From NCBI GenBank assembly GCA_036679605.1, contig JAZDCZ010000419.1, positions 64,001-128,000 of the forward strand: a stretch of DNA of 64,000 bases, given 5' to 3'. Below, one piece after another: positions 9,685-19,532 of this stretch (positions are counted from its first letter, which is position 1; the number at the start of each line of letters is the position of its first letter). The stretch is from Gemmatimonadota bacterium. GTDB lineage: Bacteria > Gemmatimonadota > Gemmatimonadetes > Gemmatimonadales > GWC2-71-9. The translations under genes were made by a program, and so were the position numbers. Under the pieces are notes generated by a model. The model saw only the letters and a program-made list of their open reading frames with translations. It searched no databases and was not told the DNA's origin.

Positions 9685-10820
9685 GACACTTCGAGTACAA
9701 AGTTGACTCCGTGTCCGGTTTGGCACGTGTCGGTCGCCTTCGCCTGCCTCACGGCGAAGTGGAGACGCCGGCATTCATGCCGGTGGGAACCCAAGGGACG
9801 GTCCGGACCCTCTCGCCACTGGATCTCAAGGCGATTGGAGCCAAGGTAGTGCTAGGCAACACCTACCATCTACACGTTCGACCGGGTGAAGAAATCGTTG
9901 CCCACTTGGGAGGGCTCCACAAGTTCATGGCTTGGCCCGGATCGTTGCTGACCGATTCCGGGGGCTTCCAAGTATTTTCGTTGAAACGATCTCGCCGAGT
10001 GGATGACGAAGGTGTCGAGTTCCAGTCACACGTCGACGGACAGCGGCGTAGACTCACTCCCGAAAGCACCGTGGAAATCCAATGGGCACTGGGATCGGAT
10101 GTCGCCATGGCATTCGATCATGTCGTGCCAGGAGACGCGGATCGATCTACGGCAGCTGACGCGCTGGACAGAACATCTCGTTGGCTGGATCGCTGCAGAA
10201 CCCGTCACCGGGACATCTCCCGGGACAGCCCCGACAGGCAGACCCTATGGCCAATCGTCCAGGGCGGAATGTATCATGATCTTAGGCGCCAATCTCTACA
10301 GCAGATCGTCGACCACGGCGATTGGACGGGATTGGCTGTGGGAGGCTTGGCCGTGGGCGAGTCCAAGTCTGCCATGTACGCTGTACTGGATCAGCTCGCC
10401 CCATCGTTGCCGAACTCGGTTCCTCATTATCTTATGGGCGTCGGGTTCCCGGAGGATCTGCTGCGGTGCATCGCACGAGGTTTCGATCTCTTCGACTGCG
10501 TGGCACCGACGCGGATCGGGCGCAACGGCACCGCGTACACACCTGATGGGCCGCTCAATATTCGGAATGCTGCTTGTCGGAGAGACCCGGGCCCTCTAGT
10601 GGAGTCATGTGACTGCGAAACCTGCACCACATATAGTAGAGCATACTTGAGGCATCTATTTGCCGCAGATGAACTTCTCGGACTAAGACTCATGTCGTTG
10701 CACAACATTCGGTTCCTCATCGGCATCGCGGAGGAGGCTCGACAGCAGATAAAGGTTGGCCAGTTCGACAAGTGGAGTAATGATTGGATCACTCGATACA
10801 ACTCAAGAGGAGCGCTGTGA
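9681..10820 (+). CDS. tgt: tRNA-guanine transglycosylase
   Basis: TPAFMPVGT, TDSGGFQ, YLMGVG, FDCVAPTR, zinc motif CDCETC...H. Confidence 0.95.
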   Translation: MRHFEYKVDSVSGLARVGRLRLPHGEVETPAFMPVGTQGTVRTLSPLDLKAIGAKVVLGNTYHLHVRPGEEIVAHLGGLHKFMAWPGSLLTDSGGFQVFSLKRSRRVDDEGVEFQSHVDGQRRRLTPESTVEIQWALGSDVAMAFDHVVPGDADRSTAADALDRTSRWLDRCRTRHRDISRDSPDRQTLWPIVQGGMYHDLRRQSLQQIVDHGDWTGLAVGGLAVGESKSAMYAVLDQLAPSLPNSVPHYLMGVGFPEDLLRCIARGFDLFDCVAPTRIGRNGTAYTPDGPLNIRNAACRRDPGPLVESCDCETCTTYSRAYLRHLFAADELLGLRLMSLHNIRFLIGIAEEARQQIKVGQFDKWSNDWITRYNSRGAL

Positions 10821-11149
10821 GATTGGAAACTCTTTTTTTGTTTGCCCCTCCAGGTCAGACATCGGGCAGTGGAATGGCAATTTTTCTGTTCCAGATGCTG
10901 GCAATCCTGGCCATTTTCTATTTCCTCATCATACGCCCCAAGGTGCAACAGGAGAAGAGACATAAAGAACGCCTGGAGCAGATCAAGAGAGGTGACGAGA
11001 TAGTAACATCTGGTGGGATCATAGCTGAGGTGGTGCGAATCAAGGAGGACAGAATCACCGTTAAGAGCGGCGAGAGTCGCTTCGTGATTCAACGTGATAG
11101 AGTGGCTGAAGTCCGATCCCCCGGCAAAAGTTCCGAAACCACTAGCTAG
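10817..11149 (+). CDS. yajC: Preprotein translocase subunit YajC
   Basis: FYFLIIRP, GDEIVTSGGI; conserved tgt-yajC order. Confidence 0.9.
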   Translation: MRLETLFLFAPPGQTSGSGMAIFLFQMLAILAIFYFLIIRPKVQQEKRHKERLEQIKRGDEIVTSGGIIAEVVRIKEDRITVKSGESRFVIQRDRVAEVRSPGKSSETTS

Positions 11150-11685
11150 TGACACTCTTACCCATACACCTCCTAGGATCCCCCGTCCTACGGCAGAGGG
11201 CAGACGAGGTTGGGACCGTGGACACGGACGTAGAGCAGTTGGTCCAAGATCTGTTCGACACGATGTATGGGGACAGCGGGGTGGGCCTGGCCGCGAATCA
11301 GGTCGCGATCGTACGGCGCGTTGCGGTAGTACACGCGGAAAACGAACCTCCGCTAGCGCTGATCGACCCGGTAATTCTCGAACGCGCCGGCAAGACTCGC
11401 GAGGAAGAGGGGTGCCTTTCCATTCCCGAGATTTACGCAGACCTCGATCGGGCAGAGAGCATCCTCGTCGAGACGACGACTCTCGACGGAACGCGTATAC
11501 AGCTGCGCGCTGTCGACTTGCAGGCTCGAGTCATCCAGCACGAGATAGATCATCTTGATGGAATTCTCTTCATCGATCACCTGAGTCCGCTCAAGCGACG
11601 CATGTTACTCAAGAAATGGAAGAAACTGCGGAAGGGTGAGTCAGGTTATATCAAGGAACTATCATCCGTAAAGGCCGAAGATTGA
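11149..11685 (+). CDS. def: Peptide deformylase
   Basis: GVGLAANQ, EGCLS, QHEIDHLDG. Confidence 0.95.
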   Translation: MTLLPIHLLGSPVLRQRADEVGTVDTDVEQLVQDLFDTMYGDSGVGLAANQVAIVRRVAVVHAENEPPLALIDPVILERAGKTREEEGCLSIPEIYADLDRAESILVETTTLDGTRIQLRAVDLQARVIQHEIDHLDGILFIDHLSPLKRRMLLKKWKKLRKGESGYIKELSSVKAED

Positions 11686-12617
11686 GTTTACGTCTCGCTT
11701 TCTTCGGAACACCGGACTTTGCGGTACCCAGCCTGCGAGCGCTGATTGAAGAGGGTTTCGACGTGGTCACAGTGGTCACGCAACCAGATCGAGCAAAGGG
11801 ACGCCACCGTTCAGACCCTGTCCCCCCTCCTATCAAGATTGCCGCCTTGGAAGACGGTCTCGAGCTGCTCCAACCGGAACAGCCGAACTCCGATGAATTC
11901 GCTGCCGAATTGCGTGTTCTCGAGCCCGACCTCGGCGTGGTGGCAGGATACGGTCACATATTTAAGCCACATATGCTGACTCTCCCAAGACGAGGAATGA
12001 TCAACGTTCACGCTTCGCTCCTCCCGTCCCTCCGTGGTGCTGCCCCAATAGAACATGCGATTATTCAGGGACTCGAAGAGACGGGGGTGTCGATAATGGA
12101 GCTGGCAATGGGGCTCGACTCAGGCCGGATCATACACCAGGTAGCGACACCGATAGCTCCCGATGAGACAGGAGGGGAGCTGACTGCCAGATTAGCCGAG
12201 CTAGGGGCACTCGCCTTGATCGAGGCAATGACTCTCATTGCGACGGGAGCTGACGAAAGAACTCCACAGGACGAATCGCTCGTCACCCACGCACCTAAGC
12301 TCGCGCACGAAAGCGCGCGGATCAGATGGGATCAGCCGGCAAACGACATCGCTCACCTCGTACGGGCACTCGACCCCCGAATCGGAGCGTGGACGTCGCT
12401 GGACGGTAGGGGCCTAAAACTCTTCGGACCTCAATTGGTTATAGCGGGATTGGAAAACTCAGGCACAGGGGAAGTAGTCAACATCGATCCTTTAACCGTG
12501 TCCACCGGATCCGGATTGATCGAGTTTGCCGAAGTTCAGCCGACGGGGCGAAAGAGAATGCTTGCCACAGATTGGCTTCGGGGCAGTACCGCCACTGTCG
12601 GCGATCGATTCGAGTGA
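11682..12617 (+). CDS. fmt: Methionyl-tRNA formyltransferase
   Basis: FFGTPDFA, VTQPD, NVHASLLP, LDSG. Confidence 0.95.
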   Translation: MSLRLAFFGTPDFAVPSLRALIEEGFDVVTVVTQPDRAKGRHRSDPVPPPIKIAALEDGLELLQPEQPNSDEFAAELRVLEPDLGVVAGYGHIFKPHMLTLPRRGMINVHASLLPSLRGAAPIEHAIIQGLEETGVSIMELAMGLDSGRIIHQVATPIAPDETGGELTARLAELGALALIEAMTLIATGADERTPQDESLVTHAPKLAHESARIRWDQPANDIAHLVRALDPRIGAWTSLDGRGLKLFGPQLVIAGLENSGTGEVVNIDPLTVSTGSGLIEFAEVQPTGRKRMLATDWLRGSTATVGDRFE

Positions 12618-13222
12618 TTCCCTCGCCACCGCGATTGCACGCGGTAGCCGATGATCGCGTGCTGGCATTCAGTGATTACACAGCAAGGGTTGCCGAGATC
12701 GCTCGACAGGGCAGCGTCGCTTTGCACGTGCGTTCACGATCCCTCGGGGCACGCGATCTGTCGCACTTGGTCAAGCGCACGGTAGATGCAGCCCGAGGAG
12801 AGTGTGTTCTGGTCAATGACCGCGCGGACGTTGTGCTCACCTTGAAGGTGCACGGCCTGCATCTTCCAGCCACTGGTCTGACCATTGCCGCCGCCCGATC
12901 CATTCTTGGCCCGGAGGTCTGGATCGGCCGCTCAACTCACTCCGCAGCAGAGGCGCGCGGGGCGCTTGATGACGGAGCGGACTACGTATTTCTGGGACCG
13001 ATCTGGAAGACCACGTCACATCCTGAACGCCCCGCTCTCGGCCCTGAGATCCTTCGCCCGCTACGGGGACTCAGGGTAGTTGCAATCGGTGGAATAACCG
13101 CGCAACTAGTCCAGGTGGCCGTAGACGCTGGAGCATGGGGAGTGGCGGCGATATCATCGATATGGGAAGCTGCCGACAGCGGTGCGGTGGTCCAGCGGAT
13201 GCTGCTATCTTTAGTCCCGTGA
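12614..13222 (+). CDS. thiE: Thiamine phosphate synthase / TenI family
   Basis: VNDRAD, GRSTHS, GADYVFLGPI, AIGGI; next to thiS-thiG. Could be TenI-like. Confidence 0.75.
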   Translation: MIPSPPRLHAVADDRVLAFSDYTARVAEIARQGSVALHVRSRSLGARDLSHLVKRTVDAARGECVLVNDRADVVLTLKVHGLHLPATGLTIAAARSILGPEVWIGRSTHSAAEARGALDDGADYVFLGPIWKTTSHPERPALGPEILRPLRGLRVVAIGGITAQLVQVAVDAGAWGVAAISSIWEAADSGAVVQRMLLSLVP

Positions 13223-13230
13223 GCGAAGGT

Positions 13231-13431
13231 ATGAAGGTTGTCGTCAACGGCGAGGAACGACTCCTCGAGCGTGGAGCCTCGATCCTAGATCTACTCGATC
13301 TGTTGGATCTGAACTCGAGTACCGTAGTGGTCGAACTCAATCGCGAGATCGTACGCCAGCCTGTTCTGGGTGACACACAACTGAACGAAGAGGACTGCAT
13401 TGAGCTGATCCACTTCGTAGGCGGAGGCTAG
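13231..13431 (+). CDS. thiS: Sulfur carrier ThiS
   Basis: MKVVVNGE...HFVGGG C-terminal GG. Confidence 0.93.
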   Translation: MKVVVNGEERLLERGASILDLLDLLDLNSSTVVVELNREIVRQPVLGDTQLNEEDCIELIHFVGGG

Positions 13432-13444
13432 AAAAGAGAATACG

Positions 13445-14245
13445 ATGACCGGTACGGTTGCCGCACCCACTGAGGCCGTGCTCGAAGTAGGGGGCCGGAA
13501 GTTCCGTTCCCGGCTAATGGTTGGGACAGGGAAATACAGAGACAACAAGACCATGCTACAGACCCTAGAAGCGACCGGCGCAGAGGTCGTAACTGTAGCT
13601 GTGCGGCGAGTTGATCTCGATCGCTCCGCAGAAGATGGCATTCTCAACCATCTAGACCCACAACAGTATTTTCTGCTAGCGAATACTGCCGGATGCTTCA
13701 CGGCCAAAGATGCGGTTCGCTACGCCCGGCTCGCTCGGGAGGCCGGTTTCAACGAATTCATCAAGCTCGAAGTGATCGGAGATCAAGAAACCCTGCTTCC
13801 CGATGCTGACGGGCTGCTCGAAGCAACACGCGTTCTCGTCGCCGAAGGATTCCAGGTCCTGGCATACACCAATGACGATTTGATCACAGCTCTCCGCCTC
13901 GAGGATGCTGGATGCGCAGCCGTCATGCCTCTCGCATCACCTATAGGAAGCGGCCTTGGGCTGATCAATCCCTACAACATCCGCACGATCAAGCATCGTC
14001 TGACTGTTCCGATCATCGTCGATGCTGGGGTTGGCACCGCTTCTGATGCATGTCTAACGATGGAACAAGGAGTAGACGGCATCTTGATGAACACCGCGCT
14101 TGCCAGTGCAGACGACCCAGTCACCATGGGCCGAGCCATGCGGTGCGCCGTTGAGGCAGGTCGGCTCGCCTACCTTGCGGGCCGAATGGCCAAGCGTCAA
14201 ATCGCGGTCCCGTCCAGCCCCACGGGCGGCATGATCGTCCCATAG
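13445..14245 (+). CDS. thiG: Thiazole synthase
   Basis: SRLMVGTGKY, NTAGC, IKLEVIGD, MPLASPIGSG, VDAGVG. Confidence 0.96.
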   Translation: MTGTVAAPTEAVLEVGGRKFRSRLMVGTGKYRDNKTMLQTLEATGAEVVTVAVRRVDLDRSAEDGILNHLDPQQYFLLANTAGCFTAKDAVRYARLAREAGFNEFIKLEVIGDQETLLPDADGLLEATRVLVAEGFQVLAYTNDDLITALRLEDAGCAAVMPLASPIGSGLGLINPYNIRTIKHRLTVPIIVDAGVGTASDACLTMEQGVDGILMNTALASADDPVTMGRAMRCAVEAGRLAYLAGRMAKRQIAVPSSPTGGMIVP

Positions 14246-15510
14246 TGAAAGCAGGAGCCTCCGCCCGAAAGGCGGCGCTGGAGATCTTACGCCGGGTCCG
14301 CAAAGGACATCCGTTCGACACAGCACGCAGAGATCTGGAATTCCTCCCCGATGCCGATCGCCGCCTCGCATACGAAATTGCGGCTGGAGTGCTGCGCCAC
14401 CGCAGTGAACTCGACGGCGGTATACGGCCGCTGGTGCAAGCCAGGTGGCAAAACGTCGAGCCGGATCTGAGGGATCTCCTGAGAATAGGAGCTTACCAGC
14501 TCCGATTTCTGGACCGCGTTCCAGACTACGCGGCTGTCACTGCCACTGTCGAGGCGACTGGTGCTACCAGGGGGCGCAAAGCTGCGGGTCTGGTCAATGC
14601 GGTGCTGCGTCGAGTGGCAGCAACGCCAGCCACGGCAAACGGCAAACCGGCAAGCACGCACCCCGTCGAGCGGCTTGCGGCAGAACACTCTCATCCAGAG
14701 TGGCTCGTCAAGCGCTGGATCAGGCGGTTCGGGGTTAGTAGAACATCCGATCTATTGGAGTACAACAACCGACGACCCCGCACGGTGATCCAACCAGTAG
14801 GCTGGTCCACTGATCAGCTCTGTGAGGCACTTGCTCGAGCCAGAGTCTTGTTCTCTCGGTCTACTCACGGACCCGGGATAGTCGTGCGCAGGACGGCAGT
14901 TCGAGAACTCCCTGGCTACAGCGAGGGAGCATTCATCGTGCAGGATCCCTCGCAAGCACTCTTGCTGGAATTCGCACGAGTGCCACCCAATGCAGTGGTG
15001 TGGGACGCGTGCGCATCACCAGGTGGAAAGGCCGCGATGCTCAGTGTGCGACATCGTGTAGTGGCTTCCGAACTTCACCGCAGTAGACTGGACCGGCTTC
15101 GGGACACACTGACCAGGGTGGCACCGGCAACCACTGTAATACTTGCAGACGCTCGGTGGACACCGATCAACATCGCCAAAATCGACGTCACGCTCGTCGA
15201 TACACCATGCACGGCGACGGGTACGCTCGCACGACATCCAGACGGTCGATGGAAGCTTTCGGAAGACAACATTGTTCGCATGGCCAAACGACAGTCTGAG
15301 ATACTGGATGGGGCCAGTCAGTCAGTCAATCTTAATAAGTTACTGGTATACCTCACCTGCTCGCTTGAGCCGGAGGAGAACGAACAACAGGTGGATCGAT
15401 TCCTCGAGCGGCATCCCACATTCGAACGAGACGGCAGCGACTACTTTCTCTTTCCTCCCGACAGCGGGACCGACGGCGGATACGCTGCGCGGCTCAGACG
15501 GTTCCGATGA
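14245..15510 (+). CDS. rsmB: 16S rRNA m5C967 methyltransferase RsmB/Sun
   Basis: NusB-like N-terminus (GLVNAVLR), SHPEW, DACASPGGK, DTPCT, TCSL..EENE. Confidence 0.9.
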   Translation: MKAGASARKAALEILRRVRKGHPFDTARRDLEFLPDADRRLAYEIAAGVLRHRSELDGGIRPLVQARWQNVEPDLRDLLRIGAYQLRFLDRVPDYAAVTATVEATGATRGRKAAGLVNAVLRRVAATPATANGKPASTHPVERLAAEHSHPEWLVKRWIRRFGVSRTSDLLEYNNRRPRTVIQPVGWSTDQLCEALARARVLFSRSTHGPGIVVRRTAVRELPGYSEGAFIVQDPSQALLLEFARVPPNAVVWDACASPGGKAAMLSVRHRVVASELHRSRLDRLRDTLTRVAPATTVILADARWTPINIAKIDVTLVDTPCTATGTLARHPDGRWKLSEDNIVRMAKRQSEILDGASQSVNLNKLLVYLTCSLEPEENEQQVDRFLERHPTFERDGSDYFLFPPDSGTDGGYAARLRRFR

Positions 15511-16322
15511 GATTCCGCCGGCACCGGCCGGCCGGTACCTTCGGCAGGGTGCTGCGTTCGGCAGTCACTAGAGTAACCGGGCTAGTCGACACACGAGGTT
15601 CCAAGCGGAGACGACTTGTTCTTGCGGCGATAGTTTTTCTGACTCCGTTCTTGCTGGGCTACGCGCTGGCGGCAGCTGTGCTCTTCCCAGCACCGTTTCT
15701 CGCAAATTCCCAACCCGTGCCCAGGATCTTGGGCCTCGCCGCAGATGACGCGCGGGCGACGCTGCAGGACAGGGGGCTGGTTTCCAATCAGACGGACGCC
15801 ATCAGTCACCCGACTGCACCACGGGGTGAAGTAGTGTGGCAGGATCCGCCACCGGGCGTCGATGTGCAGCAGGGTACCGCCATCACTTTCTCCGCCAGCC
15901 GGGGGCCTCAGCCCGTCCCCGTGCCCGATGTTGCTGGATACGACCAGGCGACCGCCCAAAGACTGGTCACAGCAGCCGGACTGGAAATCGCCAATATCGT
16001 TTCGAGCCAAGCTCCCGTGCCAAGAGGGATCGTGGTCAACTCGCGACCTCCCGCCGGGGTTACTTTGGTGCCGGGTTCTGGCGTTATTCTTTTTGTAAGC
16101 GTGGGCGCGCCCACGATCTCCGTGCCAGACCTGACTGGCCTTACATTAGAAGAGGCTCGCAAGGTACTTGAGGATGCTGGACTGACCCTCGGGTCGACTC
16201 CGACAAGACTAAGCCAGGACGGAGCACCCGGAACTGTCTTGGAGCAGGAGCCTGGTGCAGGCACAATGAGCGCCCCAGGCTTTGCGGTAGACCTCATCAT
16301 TAGGCGGGAAAGCAATGAGTAG
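15507..16322 (+). CDS. Membrane-anchored PASTA-repeat protein with no kinase domain
   Basis: Basic N-terminal tail, one TM helix, three VP(R/D)xxG...P repeats. Confidence 0.85.
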   Translation: MRFRRHRPAGTFGRVLRSAVTRVTGLVDTRGSKRRRLVLAAIVFLTPFLLGYALAAAVLFPAPFLANSQPVPRILGLAADDARATLQDRGLVSNQTDAISHPTAPRGEVVWQDPPPGVDVQQGTAITFSASRGPQPVPVPDVAGYDQATAQRLVTAAGLEIANIVSSQAPVPRGIVVNSRPPAGVTLVPGSGVILFVSVGAPTISVPDLTGLTLEEARKVLEDAGLTLGSTPTRLSQDGAPGTVLEQEPGAGTMSAPGFAVDLIIRRESNE

Positions 16323-16986
16323 CGAATTCGTCATAGCACCAAGTGTCCTGAGTGCCGATTTGGCCAGACTTTCAGATGACATCGCCACGGTGGAGGCGGG
16401 GGGTGCCGACTGGATTCACGTGGACGTGATGGATGGCCACTTCGTACCCAATCTTACCTTTGGCGCGGATCTGATTGCTGCGCTGCGAAGAATCACGGAG
16501 TTGCCTCTCGACGTTCACCTCATGGTCGAGCGACCTGAGTGGTATATAGCGCCGTTTGCAGAGGCAGGTGCGTCCATTTTTACCTTTCATCCTGAAACGA
16601 CCGCTCACTCCCAGCGGCAGCTGCAACAGATAAGGGCGTGCGGCATGATGGCGGGGCTCGCGCTCAACCCGGGCACGCCGCTCAGCTATGCAGAGGAACT
16701 AGTCGAGGACATTGATTTATTATTGATCATGACAGTCAATCCGGGGTTTTCAGCTCAGAACTACATCCCGACATCCACGATGAAGATCGCTAGGGCGCGG
16801 CAGCTGCTTGATGAAAGGGGCAGTGGGGCCCGCCTGGAGGTAGACGGCGGCATTTCTCGTGATACTATTGCAGAGACAAGGCACGCTGGGGCCAACACGT
16901 TTGCAGCTGGATCAGCGATATTTGGGGCGGACGATGTAGGGGCGGAAATCAAGGAACTTCGTAAGAGATGCTATACGGTGGTGTGA
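16315..16986 (+). CDS. rpe: Ribulose-phosphate 3-epimerase
   Basis: IAPSVLSAD, HVDVMDGHFVPN, DVHLM, EVDGG. Confidence 0.96.
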   Translation: MSSEFVIAPSVLSADLARLSDDIATVEAGGADWIHVDVMDGHFVPNLTFGADLIAALRRITELPLDVHLMVERPEWYIAPFAEAGASIFTFHPETTAHSQRQLQQIRACGMMAGLALNPGTPLSYAEELVEDIDLLLIMTVNPGFSAQNYIPTSTMKIARARQLLDERGSGARLEVDGGISRDTIAETRHAGANTFAAGSAIFGADDVGAEIKELRKRCYTVV

Positions 16987-16989
16987 ACT

Positions 16990-17577
16990 ATGGCCAATAG
17001 AGGACAATGGATCGCGGTTGGTGGCATTCTTACTTTGTTGTCGGCGGCGATCGGTGCGGGCATGGCGCTTTCGCCCGACATTCGACCGGTTGGACCTGGC
17101 GCCAAAGCGCCCAATTTCAGCGCAGCGGACCTCGTGACCGGCGATACGGTGCAGCTCTCCGACTACAAAGGCGAGGTCGTTCTGCTGAATATTTGGGCCA
17201 CGTGGTGCGGCCCTTGCGAGGTCGAAATGCCTGCAATCCAGCGCCTCCACGAGGCGCTGGCCCCCAAAGGGCTCAAGATCTTGGCAGTAAGCGTCGATGA
17301 AACTACGCCCGGCGAGGTCAGAGAATGGGTGGAGAAGAGAGGACTAACCTTCGACGTTCTTCATAACCGTAGCGGACAACTGGAGCGCCTCTACCAGACC
17401 ACGGGCTTGCCCGAAACTTTCGTAATCGACCGACAGGGAGTGATCGTAAAGAAGGATATCGGGGCCCGCAAGTGGGACAGCGCCGCTCAGTCTGCAATAC
17501 TCAGGAGACTTCTGGGCGTCGACCCTGTTCGGGAAGTCGATTCCGAGCAGTTGCCGTCGGATGCCGAAACTCCCTGA
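16990..17577 (+). CDS. TlpA/ResA-family thiol:disulfide oxidoreductase
   Basis: N-terminal TM, NIWATWCGPC, LPETFVID. Confidence 0.9.
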   Translation: MANRGQWIAVGGILTLLSAAIGAGMALSPDIRPVGPGAKAPNFSAADLVTGDTVQLSDYKGEVVLLNIWATWCGPCEVEMPAIQRLHEALAPKGLKILAVSVDETTPGEVREWVEKRGLTFDVLHNRSGQLERLYQTTGLPETFVIDRQGVIVKKDIGARKWDSAAQSAILRRLLGVDPVREVDSEQLPSDAETP

Positions 17578-18490
17578 TCTCAAGGAGTTGCTTCTAGCCA
17601 ACTGGCCTATCAAACTCACGGCCTTGGCGCTCTCAACTGCGCTCTGGGCCGTACTAGCGGCCGAACAAACAACTACGCAGCTCGTTCCGGTGACTCTGGA
17701 CATCACACCGCCCGAGGGCCGCACCATGACTGTACAGCTCCCACCTATTCAGGCGCGTTATGGCGGTACTCTGCGCGAGCTGCTCAAACTCTACGAGACG
17801 CCTCCGGTAATCCGCAAGACCGTTCCGGATACTATCTCCGGTTCGAGCTACATCATTGAGTTAGCAACCACGGACTTGGAAACGATTGAGGATGCGGACG
17901 TGCTTGCACAGGAAATACAACCGCACAACATAACATTACAGTTCGATGATGTTCTTCGCCGAAATGTACGGGTAGTCTCTCGAGTCGCACTCTTTCCCGA
18001 CTCGGGTTACGAGGTGTTCGGCAAGATCTCTGTCACTCCAGCTACCGTATCCGTAAGCGGACCAGATGCGCTGGTACGGAAGATCAACTCATTGCTCACG
18101 ATGTCCCTGGAACGCAGAGGGATCTCTAGCCCCGTTCGGATAGAGGTACCGATCGACACATCGGGACTAGGTGTGCTCCGAGTAGAGCCACGAGAAGTCG
18201 AGGTGACCGCCAACATCGGACCTGTCTCCGAACAAGTGTTGATGGGTGTGGCAGTGTCAATTCTGTCGGATCGCGCCACGTGGGAAAGCGTGCCCTCGGC
18301 AGTCATTGTCACCGTGCGCGGCCCGAGCGCCCGGATTGTCCAACTCACCAGGGACAGCGTACAAGTGATAGCACGACCAACTGAGTTGGGCACAGATGGA
18401 CCCGTCACGCTCGAAGTAATCGCGCCCCCTGGAATCACAGCCCATTCAACGCCCCTGACTGCTGTCGTAAGAAAGCGAAATCGTGACTGA
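17561..18490 (+). CDS. YbbR/CdaR-like protein
   Basis: NWPIKLTALALSTALW N-terminus and beta-rich repeats (PATVSVSGP, PSAVIVTVRGP). Confidence 0.75.
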   Translation: MPKLPDLKELLLANWPIKLTALALSTALWAVLAAEQTTTQLVPVTLDITPPEGRTMTVQLPPIQARYGGTLRELLKLYETPPVIRKTVPDTISGSSYIIELATTDLETIEDADVLAQEIQPHNITLQFDDVLRRNVRVVSRVALFPDSGYEVFGKISVTPATVSVSGPDALVRKINSLLTMSLERRGISSPVRIEVPIDTSGLGVLRVEPREVEVTANIGPVSEQVLMGVAVSILSDRATWESVPSAVIVTVRGPSARIVQLTRDSVQVIARPTELGTDGPVTLEVIAPPGITAHSTPLTAVVRKRNRD

Positions 18491-19532
18491 AGTAGTGCTG
18501 GGCATTGAAACTTCGTGTGACGAGACATCCGCCGCTGTCTTGGTGCGGGAGGCGAGCGGGCCGGAACTGGCCAGCCTGGTAATTCTGTCGCAGGACATTC
18601 ACGCTGTATTCGGCGGGGTTGTTCCGGAATTGGCGAGTAGGGCGCACCTGACTGCGCTCACCCCCGTGGTCAATCGTGCCCTCGACGAAGCGGGCATACC
18701 CCTTGATGCTATCGATGCCGTCGCCGTAACTGCCGGTCCTGGACTCGTTGGATCGCTCATGGTCGGTGTCTGCTTCGCCAAAGGATTGGCCGCCGGGGGA
18801 CCACGAAAGCTGATCGGCGTGCATCACTTGGAGGGCCACGTCTTCGCACCACTGCTCGATCATCCCGACCTAGACCCTCCGTTTGTCGCTCTCATTGTCT
18901 CGGGCGGCCACACCCTGTTGCTCGACGTGCCCGAATGGGGGCGTTATCGCCTCCTAGGTGAGACTCGTGACGATGCAGTGGGCGAGGCATTTGATAAGGT
19001 CGCAAGAATGCTGGGTCTTTCGTATCCCGGCGGGCCCGCGGTCGAGCGACTGGCGGAAGGCGCTAGGGATACGCTGGGCTTCACACGACCGATGATCGAT
19101 ACGGGGTTCGATTTTTCGTTCAGTGGACTCAAGACGGCAGTCTTGTACGCAGTCCGAAAGTGCAACGATCTTGAGGCCGACCGCGCCGACATTGCAGCCT
19201 CCTTTCAAGCCGCCGCCTTCGATGTGTTGACTGCTAAGGTCACTGCGGCAATAGAGTACACTGGTTATTCCACGGTGGTACTGGGTGGAGGCGTCGCCTG
19301 TAGCGGCACGCTATGCACCCGAATGAAGAGGGGGCTCTCGAATCTCGCTCGATTGGTAGTAGCTCAGCCGCGGCACAATACCGACAACGCGGCGATGATT
19401 GCCCGTGCAGGATGGTTTCACCTAGAACAAGACAGCGTGAGTAACTTGTACCTCGACGCGAACCCGCGCCTAGCCTGGCCCGGCCTCGAGCGATGCTCAG
19501 TATCTACTCAACCGGCCAAGGTCACCCGATGA
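18483..19532 (+). CDS. tsaD: tRNA N6-adenosine threonylcarbamoyltransferase
   Basis: LGIETSCDET, GGVVPELASRAH, HHLEGH, SGGHT, DDAVGEAFDK, DNAAMI. Confidence 0.96.
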   Translation: MTEVVLGIETSCDETSAAVLVREASGPELASLVILSQDIHAVFGGVVPELASRAHLTALTPVVNRALDEAGIPLDAIDAVAVTAGPGLVGSLMVGVCFAKGLAAGGPRKLIGVHHLEGHVFAPLLDHPDLDPPFVALIVSGGHTLLLDVPEWGRYRLLGETRDDAVGEAFDKVARMLGLSYPGGPAVERLAEGARDTLGFTRPMIDTGFDFSFSGLKTAVLYAVRKCNDLEADRADIAASFQAAAFDVLTAKVTAAIEYTGYSTVVLGGGVACSGTLCTRMKRGLSNLARLVVAQPRHNTDNAAMIARAGWFHLEQDSVSNLYLDANPRLAWPGLERCSVSTQPAKVTR

